Assembly: GCA_965287045.1 (NCBI GenBank)
Contig: OZ336879.1
Coordinates: forward strand, 46,190,001-46,254,000
DNA: 64,000 nt
From: Carcharhinus amblyrhynchos
Taxonomy: Eukaryota
Direction: 5' to 3'
The notes beneath the pieces were generated by a model that worked only from the letters and a program-made list of their open reading frames with translations, had not been told where the DNA came from and did not search any database. This document shows positions 52,202 to 64,000 of the stretch, piece by piece. The translations under genes and the position numbers were made by a program. Every line of letters starts with the position of its first letter. Within the stretch, counting starts at the first letter, position 1.

Positions 52202-52764
52202 GCTTGGATTCAACAAGCCTTCATCTGACAGCTACATTCAAAAATTTGTCCCAATTGACCCCTCCCCAACTTGTCCTGATCCCAACACAAAGCAGACAGC
52301 TTTGTGTTGGGGCATTCCTTTTACGTCCACCCTTGCTCAGTATCAATTCACGTCTTACCATTCATCATGAATGAAAAGGCAAATTTCTAGGCAGGAAACA
52401 TAAATGAGCAAGATGGAAAAATCGTGGAAACAAATCATATTAACAGAATGGTAAGCTTCCATGATAACTTCTAACACTGTAATAAATACACCCATGTCCA
52501 ATCCCTGCACAATCACAGCACTTCAGTCTTTCTGGTATTTGTATGTGATGCAAGAAACACCTGTGGAGGTTCAGCCTGAGCCATTAGGACAGGAGGCAAC
52601 ATTTGGGATACTCACAGAGGGGTGGGGGAGGAGGTGGGCTGGTAGGGGAATGGGCGCGAAGTGGCAAAGTGCTTTGAACAAATTCCCACTTTCATGTTCC
52701 CTTTCACCATTATCCCTCTCCTGGCCCATCTGCTGTGGGCATGACAGTACATAGAGAAGAATAT

Positions 52765-55083
52765 GAATGTGGTGAAGGATCCTCTTGGGAAGAGTGATCA
52801 TTGTATGGTGGAGTTTCTGATGCAGATGGAGGAGGAGAAAGTGGGTTCCCGGACATGTGTCCTTTGTTTGAACAGAGGGGAGTATGGTAGGATGAGAGAG
52901 GAATTGGCGAATGTTGACTGGGGGAGCGTGTTGGAAGGTAGGTCTGCTGAGGAACAGTGGAGGATCTTTAAGGAGATCTTTCTTGGTGCTCAGCAGAAAT
53001 TTATTCCGATGGTTAAAAAGGATCGTAGGAGGAGAGATAATCAGCCATGGATAACGAAGGAGGTAAAGGAAAGTGTTAAATTAAAAGCGGATGCGTTTAG
53101 AGTAGCTAAGAGTAGTGGGCGAGAAGAGGATTGGGAGAGGTTTAAATGTCAACAGAGAATGACAAAGAAGTTGATAAAGAAGGGTAGGATAAACTATGAA
53201 GCTGGGCTAGCGCTTAATATAAAAAAGGATAGCAAGAGTTTTTATAAATATATAAAAAGGAAGAGGCTGGCTAGGGTGAACGTTGGATACTTAGAGGATG
53301 AGAGGGGGGACTTAGTGGTAGGGGATGGGGAAATGGCTGAGGTCTTGAATAACTTTTTTGTTTCGGTCTTCACGGAAGAGGACGTGAATAATTTGCCGGG
53401 TGTTAGCGATGGAAAGATGGTAGGAGTGGAGGGCCTGAATGACATTATTGTTACTAGAGAGGCGGTGCTCGACAGACTGGAGGGACTGATTGTGGACAAG
53501 TCCCCAGGACCGGATGGAATGCACCCAAGGGTTCTGAAAGAAATGGCGGAGGTGATAGTGGATGCCTTGGTGATTGTTTTCCAAACGTCGCTGGATTCTG
53601 GGGAAGTGCCGGAAGATTGGAAAATGGCTAATGTTACGCTGTTGTTTAAGAAGGGTGGCAGGCAAAAGGCAGGGAATTATAGGCCGGTTAGTTTAACGTC
53701 TGTTGTAGGTAAAATGTTAGAATCCGTGATCAAGGAGAAAATAGCGAGGCATCTTGGGGAGAATTGTTTTTTAGAGCAGACGCAGCACGGTTTTGTTAAG
53801 GGGAACTCGTGTCTGACGAATTTATTGGAGTTCTATGAGGATGTGTCTAGGGCAGTGGATAGAGGAGAGCCGGTGGATGTGGTGTTTCTTGATTTTCGGA
53901 AGGCATTTGACAAGGTGCCTCACAAGAGGTTATTGCAGAAGGTCAGGGGGCATGGAGTTGGGGGGTAGGGTGTTAGCGTGGATAGAGGATTGGCTGTCAA
54001 ATAGGAGGCAGAGAGTGGGGGTCAATGGGTGCTATTCGGATTGGCGGTTGGTGACTAGTGGAGTGCCCCAGGGGTTGGTGCTGGGGCCTCAGCTATTTAC
54101 CATTTACATAGATGATCTGGAGGAGGGAACCGAGTGTATGGTGTTGAAATTTGCTGATGACACCAAGATTGGTGGAATGGCAAATTGTGCGGAGGGTGTG
54201 GAGAGTCTGCAGAAGGATCTAGATAGGCTGGGTGAATGGGCCAGGAAATGGCAAATGGAATTTAATGTTGGCAAATATGAGGTTGTCCACTTTGGTAGGA
54301 ATAATGGTAGGAAGGACTATTACTTACATGGCGAAAAACTGCAGCATGCGACGGTGCAGAGGGACCTCGGGGTCCTTGTGCATGAGTCGCAAAAACCCAG
54401 CCTGCGGGTGCAGCAGGTGGTCAGGAAGGCTAATGGGATGCAGGCCTTCATAGTGAGGGGGATTGAATATAAAAGTAGGGAGGTCTTGCTGCAGCTGTAT
54501 AGGGCACTGGTGAGGCTGCAGCTGGAGTACTATGTGCAGTTTTGGTCGCCGCACTTATGCAAGGATATTTTGGCCTTGGAGAGAGTGCAGAGGAGGTTTA
54601 CTAGGCTGATACAGGAGTTGAGGGGGTTGAACTATGAGGAGAGGCTGAATAAACTAGGTTTGTACTCGTTAGAGTTTAGAAGAATGAGGGGAGATCTCAT
54701 TGAGACATATAAGATGATGAATGGGATGGATAGGATAGAGGTGGAGAGGCTCTTCCCGCTCAGAAAGGACAGTAGGATTAGAGGGCACAGCCTCAAGATA
54801 AAGGGGGGGCAGTTTAGAACAGAGTTGAGGAGGAACTTCTTCACTCAAAGGGTGGTGAATCTCTGGAATTCTCTGCCCGTTGAAGTGGTGGAGGCTGCCT
54901 CGCTAAATATTTTTAAGACGCGGGTTGATAGGTTTTTGATAGGCAAGGGGATTAAGGGTTATGGGGAGAGGGCGGGAATGTGGAACTGAGCCACGACAGA
55001 TCAGCCATGATCTTATTGAATGGCAGGGCAGGCTCGAAGGGCTAGATGGCCTACTCCTGCTCCTATTTCTTATGCTCTTATGT
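52765..55083 (+). mobile_element. Young CR1 LINE, longest copy (end of endonuclease to 3' tail), one frameshift
   Basis: ORFs 52763-53968 (LGKSDH..) and 53835-54989 are joined by an extra G in the run near 53960. Confidence 0.97.
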
Positions 55084-56239
55084 CAGTGGGTAGATGGTGA
55101 GAATGTAAGGAAGTGAAGGCTGGGTCTACCTGCAAAGCAAGTTCATCCTTATTTTGTGCTGAAGTAAGCTTGAGAAGATAGAGAAGAGGTTCAGGTGAAA
55201 CACACACCAGGATGTTGTTGAATGTGGCACCGCACTCACCTTTCCTCCCCTAGTTAGGCCATTAAACCCCTATTTTCAGCAGCAAATCCATAAGCATGAC
55301 ACCAGGCTCCTGCTGCTGACTTCCTTCACTATCTCCAGCCAGGCCTTTTTGCTTCACTAGCATGGCTTCCTACTGCGTCAGTAGGAAGAACCATCTCTCT
55401 GGGAGTCCATGCAGTCCTCAGCATCACACCCAAGGAGGCATCACTAAAGCAAGGTACGAGCATGTGCACATGCTACTGTTCTATTCTTATGTTTGTTCCC
55501 AGAATTCATTACTTTTCATGTTTGGAATGGCTCTTCAAATACTTCAGGTGAAATTCACACATGCAGTTCATTATAATGCTTGTCCAAGCTAATTGGCCAG
55601 GAAAGCAGGAAGTACATTAATTCATTGACTGAGTTAAAAGGTCACCAAAAGCATATAGCTCATCCTTCTGGGTTTCACATAGGCTGCCAGACCCTCCCCA
55701 ATCCCAACTCACTGCAAGTTTAAAACTAAGTGAGAATGCAAAAGCTGGTTAACAACCAAATACTAATTATTCTCTGAAGGGGGAAGGAGGAGAAAGTAAG
55801 TCAATCACTTTGGACACAAATTGACTGCAACCTGACATAGCTTGCAGTTTTTGCAAAATCAGTCTCCAGTGGCAGACACTAATTCAATACTGAACTGGGC
55901 AAATTCATAGAACCTGCATTTATGTAGCATCTTTGAATCAGAACAGACCAAGGCACTTTACAGCCAAATGAGGTGGTTCTTTTGAAATGTAGCCATTGTT
56001 ATCATGTAAGAATTGAACCATAATTCAGTTTGATCAAGTTGCCCACTCCATGTTCACTTTCTGGTAGTGGTGACTCGATAGCTCAGTCGTTACTGAGCCA
56101 GCTAATCGGCCAGGAGTTGTATTTTTGTGACTGGAAAATAAATGGTATTGTGTACATTACATTGCAGGTGACACGACCATCGGAGAAGACTAGGTCTGAA
56201 CAAGTTAACTAAATTATGAATTGTTGTTAAAATAAGCAA

Positions 56240-56421
56240 TTAAAGTTGCCATAGTCCCAGATATCCAGAGGATGTTCTTTCCTTTAAGGGGAGAGCTTAC
56301 TGGTGGTGATTTAACCTGAGGGTCACCACACCTCCTCAGGCAAGCCTTCATGAATGACCTCAGCTGGTACAAGAATTGAACCCACTTTGTTGGCGTCACT
56401 CTGCTATCCAGCCAACCGAGC
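56240..56421 (-). mobile_element. tRNA-derived SINE remnant
   Basis: Minus strand begins GCTCGGTTGGCTGGATAG..GGGTTCAATTC (A/B boxes). Confidence 0.55.
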
Positions 56422-56524
56422 ATGTTTGCAAATTCCTATCTCTGGTTCTTGAGCAGTTTTGCTCTGTGTATATCTTGCAAATGAAATGGTACCCTGATAG
56501 CTAACATAATCAACTCACTAGAAT

Positions 56525-56657
56525 TGCTCTGAAGAAGATTCACAGAGGCTTGAAATGGTAACTCTGTTTCTCCCTCCACAGATGTGTCAGACCTGCTGAG
56601 TTTTTCCAGCATACTGTTTTTATTTCAGATTTCCAACATCCGAGCATTTTGCTTTTT
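56525..56657 (+). mobile_element. Penelope-like terminal-repeat remnant
   Basis: CTGAAGAAGATTC..GGCTTGAAAT, then the same downstream sequence as 42190-42312. Confidence 0.6.
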
Positions 56658-56949
56658 GTATTGTGCTAGAATTGTTGCTCTGTACGGAATACAAGGTTGC
56701 AGTCAGAAGTGAATTCAGAATGTTTTTTTTGCCAGTTTTATTAAATGGTTGTGACTGATCATGCCAATTTAGACAGAGTAATGTAATTTTGATTTTATGT
56801 GCTAGTGACAATGAATCAGCAGCCCATTTTACATTTTCCCAATTTTTATTGGTATTGATGTGCTGGTAAATAAAATTCAGGAAAGATGTAAAACAAGCAG
56901 CGGGTTCACTTTCACTCATTTTACATTATTGCACCAAGTCTCATTCAGT

Positions 56950-59255
56950 ATGCGATGGCTCAACTAGAGAGGGGGCAAAACTTGACCTCCTCTTGGGAAG
57001 TAAGGAAGGCCAGGTGACAGAAGTGTTAGTGAGGGATCACTTTGGGACCAGTGACCATAATTCTATTAGTTTTAAGATAGCTATGGAGAATGATAGGTCT
57101 GGCCCAAAAGTTAAAATTCTAAATTGGGGCTAGGCCAATTTTGATGGTATCAAGCAGGAACTTTCAGAAGTTAATTAAGGGATTCTTTGGGTGGGCAAAA
57201 GGATGCCTGGTAAGTGGCACGCTTTCAAAAGTGTGTTAACCAGGGTTTAGGGTAAGTACATTCCTTGTAGAGTGAAGAGCAAGGCTCATAGAAGTAGGGA
57301 ACCCTGGATGACTCGGGATATTGAGGCCCTGGTCAAAAAGAAGAAGGAAGCACATGACATGTATAGGCAGCTGGGATCAAGTGAATCCCTTGAAGAGTAT
57401 GGGGATGTAGGAGCAGAGTTTAGAGAGAAATCAGGAGGGCAAAAAGGGGACACAAGATTGTTTTGGCAGATAAGGCAAAGGAGAATCCAAAGAGTTCTAC
57501 AAATACATAAAGGCCAAAAGAGTAACTAGAGAGCAAGTAGGGCCTCTTAGGATCAACAAGATCATCTATGTGTGGATCCACAAGAGATGGGTGAAATCCT
57601 AAATGAATATTTCTCATCAGTATTTACTGTTGAGATAAGCATGGGTGTTAGGGAATTGGGATTAATAAACAGTGAAGTTTTGAGGAGTGCACATATTACA
57701 GAAAAGGAGGTGCTGGAAGTTTTAAAGCTCACGAAAGTAGATAAATGCCTGGAACCAGATGAAGTATATCCCAGGACATTGTGGAGGCTAGGGAGGAAAT
57801 TGCAGATCCCCTACGAGAGATATTTGAATCATTGATAGTCACAGGTGGGGTGCCTGAAGATTGAGAGGTGGCAAATGTTGTGCCTTTGTTTAAAAAGGAC
57901 TGCAGAGAAAAGTTTGGGAGCTACAGGCATGTGCCCTCACATCTGTAGTGGTATTTTGAGAGACAGCATTTATAGCATTTAGAGATGCAAGTTCTGATTA
58001 GGGACAGTCAGCATGCTTTGTGAGTGGAAAATCATGTCTCACAAATTTGATTTGATTTGAAATTTTTAAGGAGTAACCAAGAAGGTAGATGAGGGCAGCG
58101 TAATTGATGTTTTTTACATGGGCTTTAGCAAGGCCTTTGACAGGGTACCACATGGTAGGTTGTTGCATAAGGTTAAATCTCTTGGAATCCCAGGTGAGAT
58201 AGCTAAATGGATACAAAATTGGCTTGATGACAGAATACAGAGGGTGGGTGTAGAGGGTTATTTTTCAAATTGGAGACCTGCGATCAATGGTGTGCCTCAG
58301 GGATCGGTGCTGAGTCCATTGTTATTTGTCACTTATATCAATGATTTGGATGAGAATATAGGAGGCATGGTTAGTAAGTTTGCAGATGAACCAAGGTTGG
58401 TGGCATAGTGGACAGTGAAGAAGGTTATCTCAGATTGCAACAGAATCTTGATCGAATGCGCCAGTGGGCTGATGAATGGCAGATTGAGTTTAATTTAGAT
58501 AAATGTGAGGTGATGCATTTTGCTAGATTGAACCAGGGCAGGACTTACTCAGTTAATGGTAAGGCACTGGGGAGAGTTACAGAACAAAGAGATCTAGGGG
58601 TACAGGTTCATAGCTCCTTGAAAGTGGAGTCACGGGTGGACAGAGTGGTGAAGAAGGCATTCAGCATGCTTGGTTTCATTGGCCAGAACATTGAATACAT
58701 GAGTTGGTACGCCTTGTTGTTGTACAAGACATTCGTAAGGTCACACTTGGAAACTGCATACAGTTCTGGTAACCCTACTGTTGGAAGGATATTAAACTAG
58801 AAAGAGTGCAGAAGAGATTTACTAGGATGTTATCGGGACTTGATGGTTTGACTTATAAGGAGAGGCTCGATAGACTGGGATTTGTTTTGGAGCGTAGGAA
58901 GCTGAAGGGAAGCTGGTCTTATAAAATAATAAGGGGCATAGATCAGCTAGATAGTCAGTATATTTTCCCAAAGGTAGGGGAGTCTAAAACTAGACAGTAT
59001 AGGTTTAAGGTGAGGGGAGAGATACAAAAGGATTCAGGGGGCAATTGTGTCATACAGAGGGTGGTGTCTGGAACAAGCTGCCAGACATAAAATTTTGTCT
59101 TTTAAAAAGCGTTTAGACAGTTACATGGGTAAAATGGGTATAGAGGGATATGGGCCAAATGCAGGCAATTGGGACTAGTTTAGGGGTTTAAAAAGGGCAA
59201 CTTGGACAAGTTGGGCCGAAGGGTCTGTTTCCATGCTGTAAACCTCTATGACTCT
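56950..59255 (+). mobile_element. Older CR1 LINE (family related to the 975-2510 copy), many frameshifts
   Basis: Endonuclease end (LDLLLG..GTSDH), GFSKAFDRVPH, VPQGSVLSP, KFADE; tail CCTCTATGACTCTA. Confidence 0.93.
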
Positions 59256-59779
59256 AAAGTTAAAACCACGTTCTTGGAGTCTAACCAATGCACTGAATGT
59301 ACAGCAACAGCAGCAGGTCTCTCTCTGCAGGGTATGATTGCCTCTTGCCATCCTCACAAGCATCTGTGACATCTGAAGGGCTTTGCTGACGCATATTAAT
59401 TCCAGATTTTTTGCAAACAGGTGCAGGGGAAGAAATGCACGGGCAGAATGTGAAGCACACTGGTGGTATTCATACCAGGCATAGATGGAACGCTCCGGGA
59501 GCTGTCGAGAGCAGGTCAGGAATTTGCTAATCGAGTGACTGCTTAACCACATGAAAACCGTACGAAATAATATTGTGTCAGAGAAAGATGGAAACCGAGA
59601 TTTCAAGACATTAAAATATCAGTTTTTCTGTATTTACACAGCAACGGATGGTCGAAGTGCAGCTTGGCGACTGATATCTGTTAGCTATTTGAGAGGTGTG
59701 AACTTTGTAATAATGTGAAAGGAAGAGGTTCACTCTCCTGGAAAACTGTAAATACTTTTCTCCTTTTTTTTATCAAGTC

Positions 59780-60040
59780 TGTCTTCTTGATGACTTAATT
59801 TTCTTGCGGAAGTGACGGTCCCACAAGCACCCCAGCCAAACAGTTTGTTATTTCTGCGCAGGCTTTTGCTCTTTAGTGGTCGCGGCTGTTCACAATGGGA
59901 GACAACCCACCAAGAGCCAGATTCTGTCTTCAGGAGTTGGTTGCACACCTACCAACTCTCCAGTAGGGGGATGACTGGATTGTAATCGGAAGTGGCAACA
60001 CCGAGAATTTGCAACCTATTCACTTGTCTGTGGTAAGTGA
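59780..60040 (+). promoter_or_regulatory. Candidate promoter / first exon (ETS and ETS-CRE-like motifs, splice donor)
   Basis: CGGAAGTGACG at 59807-59817, CGGAAGTG at 59987-59994, GTG|GTAAGT donor after 60032, local CpG retention in non-repeat DNA. Confidence 0.35.
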
Positions 60041-60310
60041 GACTGTGTGTAATGCTCCTACACTGAAACTGCGTGGGATCAGCTAAATTAGCACTGACTT
60101 AAAAACTTCGATCTGGATCTTCCAATAGTTTCTAATTAATTCCTGAATAAACTCAGACAGATTCAGATACTTTAAATAATTTGAAGCCTGTAAGTATTTT
60201 AGTGAAAGATTTGTCATGTTTCTCTTCTTAAAATAAATTAGAGCCAATTTTATTACCTAACAATTTCTTAGGTACTGGCCAGCAAGGGAGACAGATTTCC
60301 TTCACTTAAA

Positions 60311-61974
60311 AGAACATAAGAACATAAGAAATAGGAGCAGCAGTAGGCCATCTAGCCCTTCGAGCCTGCCCCGCCATTCAATAAGATCATGGCTGATCTG
60401 TCGTGGCTCAGTTCCACTTTCCCGCCCTCTCCCCATAACCCTTAATCCCCTCTCTTATCAAGAACCCATCAACCCGCTTCTTAAAAATATTTAGCGAGGC
60501 AGCCTCCACCACTTCAACGGGCAGAGAATTCCAGAGATTCACCACCCTTTGAGTGAAGAAGTTCCTCCTCAACTCCGTTCTAAACCGCCTCCCCTTTATC
60601 TTGAGGCTGTGCCCCCTAGTCCTACTGTCTTTTTTGAGCGGGAAGAGTCTCTCCACCTCTATCCTATCCATCCCATTCATCATCTTATATGTCTCAATGA
60701 GATCTCCCCTCATTCTTCTAAACTCTAACGAGTACAAGCCTAGTTTATTCAGCCTCTCCTCGTAGCTCAATCCCCTCAACTCCGGTATCAGCCTAGTAAA
60801 CCTCCTCTGCACTCCCTCCAGGGCCAAAATATCCTTGCGCAGGTGCGGCGCCCAAAACTGCACACAGTACTCCAGCTGCGGCCTCACCAATGCCCTATAC
60901 AGCTGCAGCAAGACCTCCCTACTTTTATATTCAATCCCCTTCGCTATGAAGGCCAGCATCCCATTCGCCTTCCTGACCACCTGCTGCACCTACAAGCTGG
61001 GTTTTTGCGACTCATGCACAAGGACCCCGAGGCCCCTCTGCACCGTCGCCTGCTGCAGTTTTTCGCCACGTAAGTAATAGTCCTTCCTACCATTCTTCCT
61101 ACCAAAGTGGACCACCTCGCACTTGCCAACATTAAATTCCATTTGCCATTTCCTGGCCCATTCGCCCAGCCTATCTAGATCCTTCTGCAGACTCTCCACA
61201 CCCTCCGCACAATTTGCCTTTCCCCCAATCTTGGTGTCATCAGCAAATTTCGACACCCTGCACTCGGTTCTCTCCTCCAGATCATCTATATAAATGGTAA
61301 ATAGCTGAGGCCCCAGCACCGACCCCTGGGGCACCCCACTAGTCACCAACCGCCAATCCGAATAGCACCCATTGACCTCTACTCTCTGCCTCCTATTTGA
61401 CAACCAATCCTCTATCCACGCTAACACCCTACCCCCAACTCCATGTCCCCTGACCTTCTGCAATAACCTCTTGTGAGGTACCTTGTCAAACGCCTTCTGA
61501 AAATCAAGAAAGACCACATCCACCGGCTCTCCTCTATCCACTGCCCTAGACACATCCTCATAGAACTCCAGTAAATTTGTCAGACACGACTTCCCTTTAA
61601 TGAAACCGTGTTGCGTCTGCCCTATCAAGCAATTCCCTTCAAGATGCCTCGCAATTTCCTCCTTAATGATGGATTCTAACATTTTACCTACCACAGACGT
61701 TAAACTAACCGGCCTATAATTCCCCGCCTTTTGCCTGGCACCCTTCTTAAACAACGGCGTAACATTAGCCGTTTTCCAATCTTCCGGCACTTCCCCGGAA
61801 TCCAGCGACGTCTGGAAAATAACCACCAAGGCATCCACTATAACCTCTGCCATTTCTTTCAGAACCCTCGGATGCATTCCATCCGGTCCTGGCGACTTGT
61901 CCACAATCAGCCCCTCCAGTCTGTCGAGCACCACCTCTCTAGTAACAGTAATGTCATTAAGACCCTCCAGTCCT
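60311..61974 (-). mobile_element. Young CR1 LINE, 5'-truncated, single nonsense change
   Basis: ORFs 60990-61934 and 60408-60989 are in frame and separated by CAG>TAG at 60990-60992; full tail. Confidence 0.97.
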
Positions 61975-61982
61975 TTATGGCA

Positions 61983-63903
61983 AGAATGACGAAGAAGTTG
62001 ATAAAGAAAGGAAGGATAGACTATGAAGCTAAACTAGCACTAAATATAAAAAAGGATAGTAAGAGTTTTTATAAATATACAAAGAGGAGGAGGCTGGCTA
62101 GGGTGAATGTTGGACCCTTAGAGGATGAGAGGGGGGATTTAGTGGTGGGGGATGAGGAAATGGCTGAGGCCTTAAATAAGTTTTTTGCTTCGGTCTTCAC
62201 GGAGGAGGACGCGAATAGTTTGCCGGGTATTAAAGATAGAAGGATGGTAGGAGTTGAGAGCCTGAATGCGATCACTGTCACTAGAGAGGTAGTGCTCGAT
62301 AGACTAGCGGGACTGATGGTGGACAAGTCCCCAGGACCGGATGGAATGCATCCCAGGGTTCTGAAGGAAATGGCAGAGGTGATAGTGGATGCCTTAGTGA
62401 TTATTTTCCAAACCTCGCTGGATTCCGGGGAAGTGCCGGAAGATTGGAAAACGGCTAATGTTACGCCGCTGTTTAAAAAGCGTAGCAGGCAAAAGGCAGG
62501 GAATTATAGGCTGGTTGGTTTAACGTCTGTTGTAGGAAAAATGCTTGAATCCGTGATCAAGGAGAAAATAGCGAGGCATCTTGGGGAGAATTGTTTGATA
62601 GAGTAGACGCAGCACAGATTCGTTAAGGGGAGGTTGTGTCTGACAAATTTATTGGAATTCTATGAGGATGTGACTAGTGCGGTGGACAGAAGGGAACCGG
62701 TGGATGTGGTGTTTCTCGATTTTCAGAAGGTGTTTGATAAGGTGCCACACAAAAGGTTGTTACAGAAGGTTAGGGGGCATAGAGTTGGGGGTAAGGTGTT
62801 AGCGTGGATACAGGATTGGCTGTCTAATAGGAGGCAGAGAGTAGGTGTCAATGGGTGCTATTCCGATTGGCGGTTGGTGACTAGTGGAGTGCCCCAGGGA
62901 TCAGTGCTGGGGCCTCAGCTATTTACCATTTATATAGATGATCTGGAGGAGGGAGCTGAGTGTAGGGTGTCGAAATTTGCTGATGACGCAAAGATAAGTG
63001 GAAAAGCAAATTGTGCGGAGGGTATAGAAAGTCTGCAGCGGGATCTAGATAGGCTAAGCCAGTGGGCGAGGACCTGGCAGATGGAATACAATGTTGGCAA
63101 GTGTGAGGTTATCCACTTTGGCAGGAATAATAGTAGGAGGGACTACTATTTAAAGGGCGAAAAGCTGCAGCATGCTACGGTGCAGAGGGACCTGGGGGTC
63201 CTTGTGCATGAGTCGCAAAAACCCAGCCTACAGTGCAGCAGGTGATCAGGAAGGCAAATGGGATGCTGGCCTTCATAGCGAGGGGGATTGAATATAAAAG
63301 TAGGGAGGTCTTGCTGCAACTGTACAGGGCACTGATGAGGCCGCAGCTGGAGTACTGTGTGCAGTTTTGGTCGCCACACTTGCGCAAGGATATTTTGGCC
63401 TTGGAGGGAGTGCAGAGGAGATTCACTAGGCTGATACCGGAGTTGAGGGGGTTGAACTATGAGGAGAGGCTGAATAGACTGGGCATGTACTCATTGGAGT
63501 TTAGAAGGATGAGGGGGGGGATCTTATTGAGACGTATAAGATGATGAAGGGGATGGATAGGGTAGAGGTTCTTCCCACTCAGAAAGGACAGCAGGACTAG
63601 AGGGCACAGCCTCACGATAAGGGGGGGGTGCAGTTTAGAACAGAGTTGAGGAGGAACTTCTTCACTCAAAGGGTGGTGAATCTCTGGAATTCTCTGCCCG
63701 TTGAAGTGGTGGAGGCTGCCTCGCTAAATATATTTAAGACACCGGTTAGATAGGTTTTTGGTAGGCAAAGGGATTAAGGGATATGGGAAGAAAGCGGGAA
63801 AGTGGAACTGAGCTACTTCAGATCAACCATGATCTTGTTGGGTGGCAGGGCAGGCTCGAGGGGCTAGATGGCCTACTCCTGCTCCTATTTCTTATGTTCT
63901 TAT
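61983..63903 (+). mobile_element. CR1 LINE, related but more diverged subfamily, 5'-truncated
   Basis: ORF2 pieces 61983-62606, 62634-63245 and 63233-63544 with a stop and frameshifts; full 3' UTR and tail. Confidence 0.96.
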
Positions 63904-64000
63904 CTGACAGTGTTGGTTGGGAGTTTTTCTGGTGCTAGCCAGAATGACCAAATTTATTCATACTTACAACTTGTCATGGAGTGATTAGATTTTAGGCCCT

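Noticed and set aside
8365-56421. tRNA genes at A/B-box motifs (8590-8645, 37628, 38570, 56380)
   Set aside because: They are decayed SINE heads continuing into SINE bodies, with no intact cloverleaf.
59175-59606. 143-aa minus ORF with CCCC
   Set aside because: No ATG start, it runs into a CR1 tail, the cysteines come from a short CAG/CAA repeat, and I recognise no homology.
61731-62606. 291-aa chimeric ORF
   Set aside because: Chance in-frame join of antisense CR1 and sense CR1 across the head-to-head junction.
4086-63669. Recurrent 62-117 aa ORFs (MKKFLLNSVLN.., MRRCGAQNC.., MPGTLLKQRR.., MSTISPSS..)
   Set aside because: Antisense or alternate frames of the same CR1 sequence; they recur only because the element does.
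1-64000. CRISPR arrays, retrons, DGRs, operons, rRNA or snoRNA genes
   Set aside because: Vertebrate DNA with no repeat-spacer array; every RT seen is a non-LTR retrotransposon type; I could not support any rRNA or snoRNA by eye.

Overview
Eukaryotic genomic DNA rich in repeats and introns, almost certainly from a cartilaginous fish (probably a shark), judging by HE1/V-SINE-like and Deu-domain SINEs, abundant CR1 LINEs and Penelope-type remnants. The only host gene I can identify is CWC15 (+ strand). Its last two coding exons lie at 29266-29372 and 32966-33095 with a poly(A) signal near 33475, and I found no earlier exon, so 1-29265 is probably one long intron. Nearly all long ORFs are CR1 ORF2 (reverse transcriptase), including seven copies of one young family. 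Also present: a Rex1/Babar LINE, an internally deleted Gypsy provirus with both LTRs, a tRNA-Ser PBS and a TGAAT TSD, a second Gypsy integrase relic, Harbinger-like MITEs and Penelope-like remnants with degenerate hammerhead-ribozyme cores. The most unusual local structures are a perfect 103-bp duplication and young inverted CR1 copies on either side of one CWC15 exon, a three-part inverted templated duplication near 44.5 kb, a head-to-head CR1 pair at 60-64 kb and a CpG-retaining, promoter-like island near 59.8 kb. I see no convincing evidence for a wholly new biological system. All alignments were done by eye and repeat boundaries are approximate.
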